From an uncultured Pseudomonadota bacterium (GTDB lineage: Bacteria > Pseudomonadota > Alphaproteobacteria > RUG11792): DNA of 62,979 bases. Below are positions 61,911-62,979 of this stretch, piece after piece; the stretch's first letter is position 1; every line of letters begins with the position of its first letter. The position numbers were made by a program, and so were the translations under genes. Location of the stretch: contig CADBOF010000011.1 of assembly GCA_902796345.1 (NCBI GenBank), positions 1 to 62,979 of the forward strand. The letters are read 5' to 3'. The notes under the pieces are model-generated. The model saw only the letters and a program-made list of their open reading frames with translations. It searched no databases and was not told the origin of the DNA.

Positions 61911-62741
61911 ATGTTTAAACAACTAAGTATTTTGGCACTGACCGTAAGTTGTTCTTATGCTATGGAAAGTATCCAAACAACACCAACAGGCGATATAGAC
62001 ATAAAACAAACTACTGAAGAGGTCAAAAGCAACAACACAATAAATGATGTAACAAAAACTGATACACAAGACGTTACACTAACTAAGGTTGTTAATACTG
62101 ATAACAAAAGTGTTGAAGACATTAAACAAAATCAAAACAATAGTAAAAATACAGGAAACGAGGCAATAGAAGGGTTTAGTGTTTTTGATTTCAATAAAAC
62201 GAACTGCCTGTTGAATGGTATAAAAAATGGATATAACACAAAAAGTAAAAACGGTACTAATGACAACCAGTTATTTGATTTTAATTCACTGAAAGGTAAA
62301 TTATTTATCGATATGACGCCAGATGAACAAAATTGGATGCAATTATTGGCATATGATAAGTTTTCAAAAACGTGCCAGGCGTTTTATCAAAAGATTTTAA
62401 GACAAAAAGAACTAACAGATAGAGACAAAGAAGAGCTATTTAAAACTCCAGAATTTAGTTTATGTATTAGAGCTGATATTAATCCTCTCAGAGTACTTGA
62501 TGACGAGATCAGATTTAACTTGCATCCACTGTGCCTTATGGTTCCAAATTTGGAAAAGGTACAAAAGCAAGTGTGGGATTTTACTGATGAAGTTATAAAA
62601 CGTACTGCAAGAATAAAAGCTCGCATTATAGCATTTTATAAATTCAAAGCTGTTAATCATATAACAGATAGCACACTTGCTTTAAAAGCATTTTTATATC
62701 TTCGATTAAATAGACATCGAAAAATGTTGCGGAATGGCTAA
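61911..62741 (+). CDS. Hypothetical exported protein
   Basis: ATG 61911 gives the signal peptide MFKQLSILALTVSCSYA. An N/T/K-rich linker precedes a Cys-containing C-terminal domain. No motif recognised. Confidence 0.5.
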   Translation: MFKQLSILALTVSCSYAMESIQTTPTGDIDIKQTTEEVKSNNTINDVTKTDTQDVTLTKVVNTDNKSVEDIKQNQNNSKNTGNEAIEGFSVFDFNKTNCLLNGIKNGYNTKSKNGTNDNQLFDFNSLKGKLFIDMTPDEQNWMQLLAYDKFSKTCQAFYQKILRQKELTDRDKEELFKTPEFSLCIRADINPLRVLDDEIRFNLHPLCLMVPNLEKVQKQVWDFTDEVIKRTARIKARIIAFYKFKAVNHITDSTLALKAFLYLRLNRHRKMLRNG

Positions 62742-62744
62742 TAA

Positions 62745-62978
62745 TTAGTACAAAAACTTATAGATGTCGGAGATTGCGATTACAATTATCGAGTTAGTGC
62801 CGTTGTAAGTATGTCCATATCTTAGATCAAGGTGTATACTTCCTTGATCCATAGATTGGATAATGTGTTCGTTCGCAATATCTTCGTCTAAGTCTATAAA
62901 AGAACGATTTAAATCAGAATTATGAGACGTATTCAATGCATCTGTAATATCTTCTAATCCCTCAGCGAACGAGTTGTT
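62745..62978 (-). CDS. Hypothetical protein, 3' end only (the ORF is open to the window edge)
   Basis: The frame of ORF 62745..62936 continues without a stop to nt 62978 (NNSFAEGLEDITDAL...). The ORF-track start codon is only an internal TTG. Confidence 0.4.
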   Translation of the reverse strand, partial: NNSFAEGLEDITDALNTSHNSDLNRSFIDLDEDIANEHIIQSMDQGSIHLDLRYGHTYNGTNSIIVIAISDIYKFLY

Positions 62979-62979
62979 A

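Overview
This is a visibly AT-rich, tightly packed chromosomal segment with about 60 genes, many of them with overlapping stop/start junctions. It looks like a reduced alphaproteobacterial genome, most consistent with an obligate intracellular Rickettsiales/Holosporales-like bacterium. The supporting markers are a MucR/Ros regulator, a CckA-type hybrid histidine kinase, split PntAB/PntB transhydrogenase, AmpG, and NupC and YhhQ scavenging transporters. Most genes are recognisable housekeeping genes. They cover replication and repair (gyrA, gyrB, recF, dnaN, ssb, uvrD, nth, rnhA, tmk), expression (rho, rpmE, rsfS, aspS, ffh, one tRNA-Thr) and envelope or lipid functions (slt, ddl, ftsA, ampG, dapB, TamA-like Omp85, porin-like barrel, mlaD, mlaEF, pgsA, pssA, psd, ispB, htrA, a DsbA-like protein, a GH108 muramidase). 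There is also a partial biotin operon (bioA-bioB-bioD). I saw no rRNA, CRISPR array, transposase, integrase or prophage block. The most interesting candidate is a translationally coupled three-gene orphan module at 52.7-54.9 kb on the minus strand. Its domain architecture resembles the inner-membrane assembly subcomplex of type IV filament / type II secretion machines (GspL/PilM-N-like, GspM/PilO-like, PilP/GspC-like). A short A24 prepilin-peptidase-like gene lies about 1.9 kb away, fused to the end of the ffh transcription unit. Other points worth a second look are listed below.
- A membrane-anchored DsbA-like protein carries a metallothionein-like 12-Cys N-terminus.
- bioABD occurs without bioF/C/H, next to a divergent MFS transporter and a long palindrome-rich intergenic region.
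- An exported acidic protein carries reiterated SND-LL-P motifs.
- The MucR homologue lacks two of the four canonical zinc ligands.
- A terminator-like hairpin sits immediately upstream of rpmE.
- Several convergent genes overlap each other.
All functional calls come from motif and architecture recognition by eye. No database search was run.
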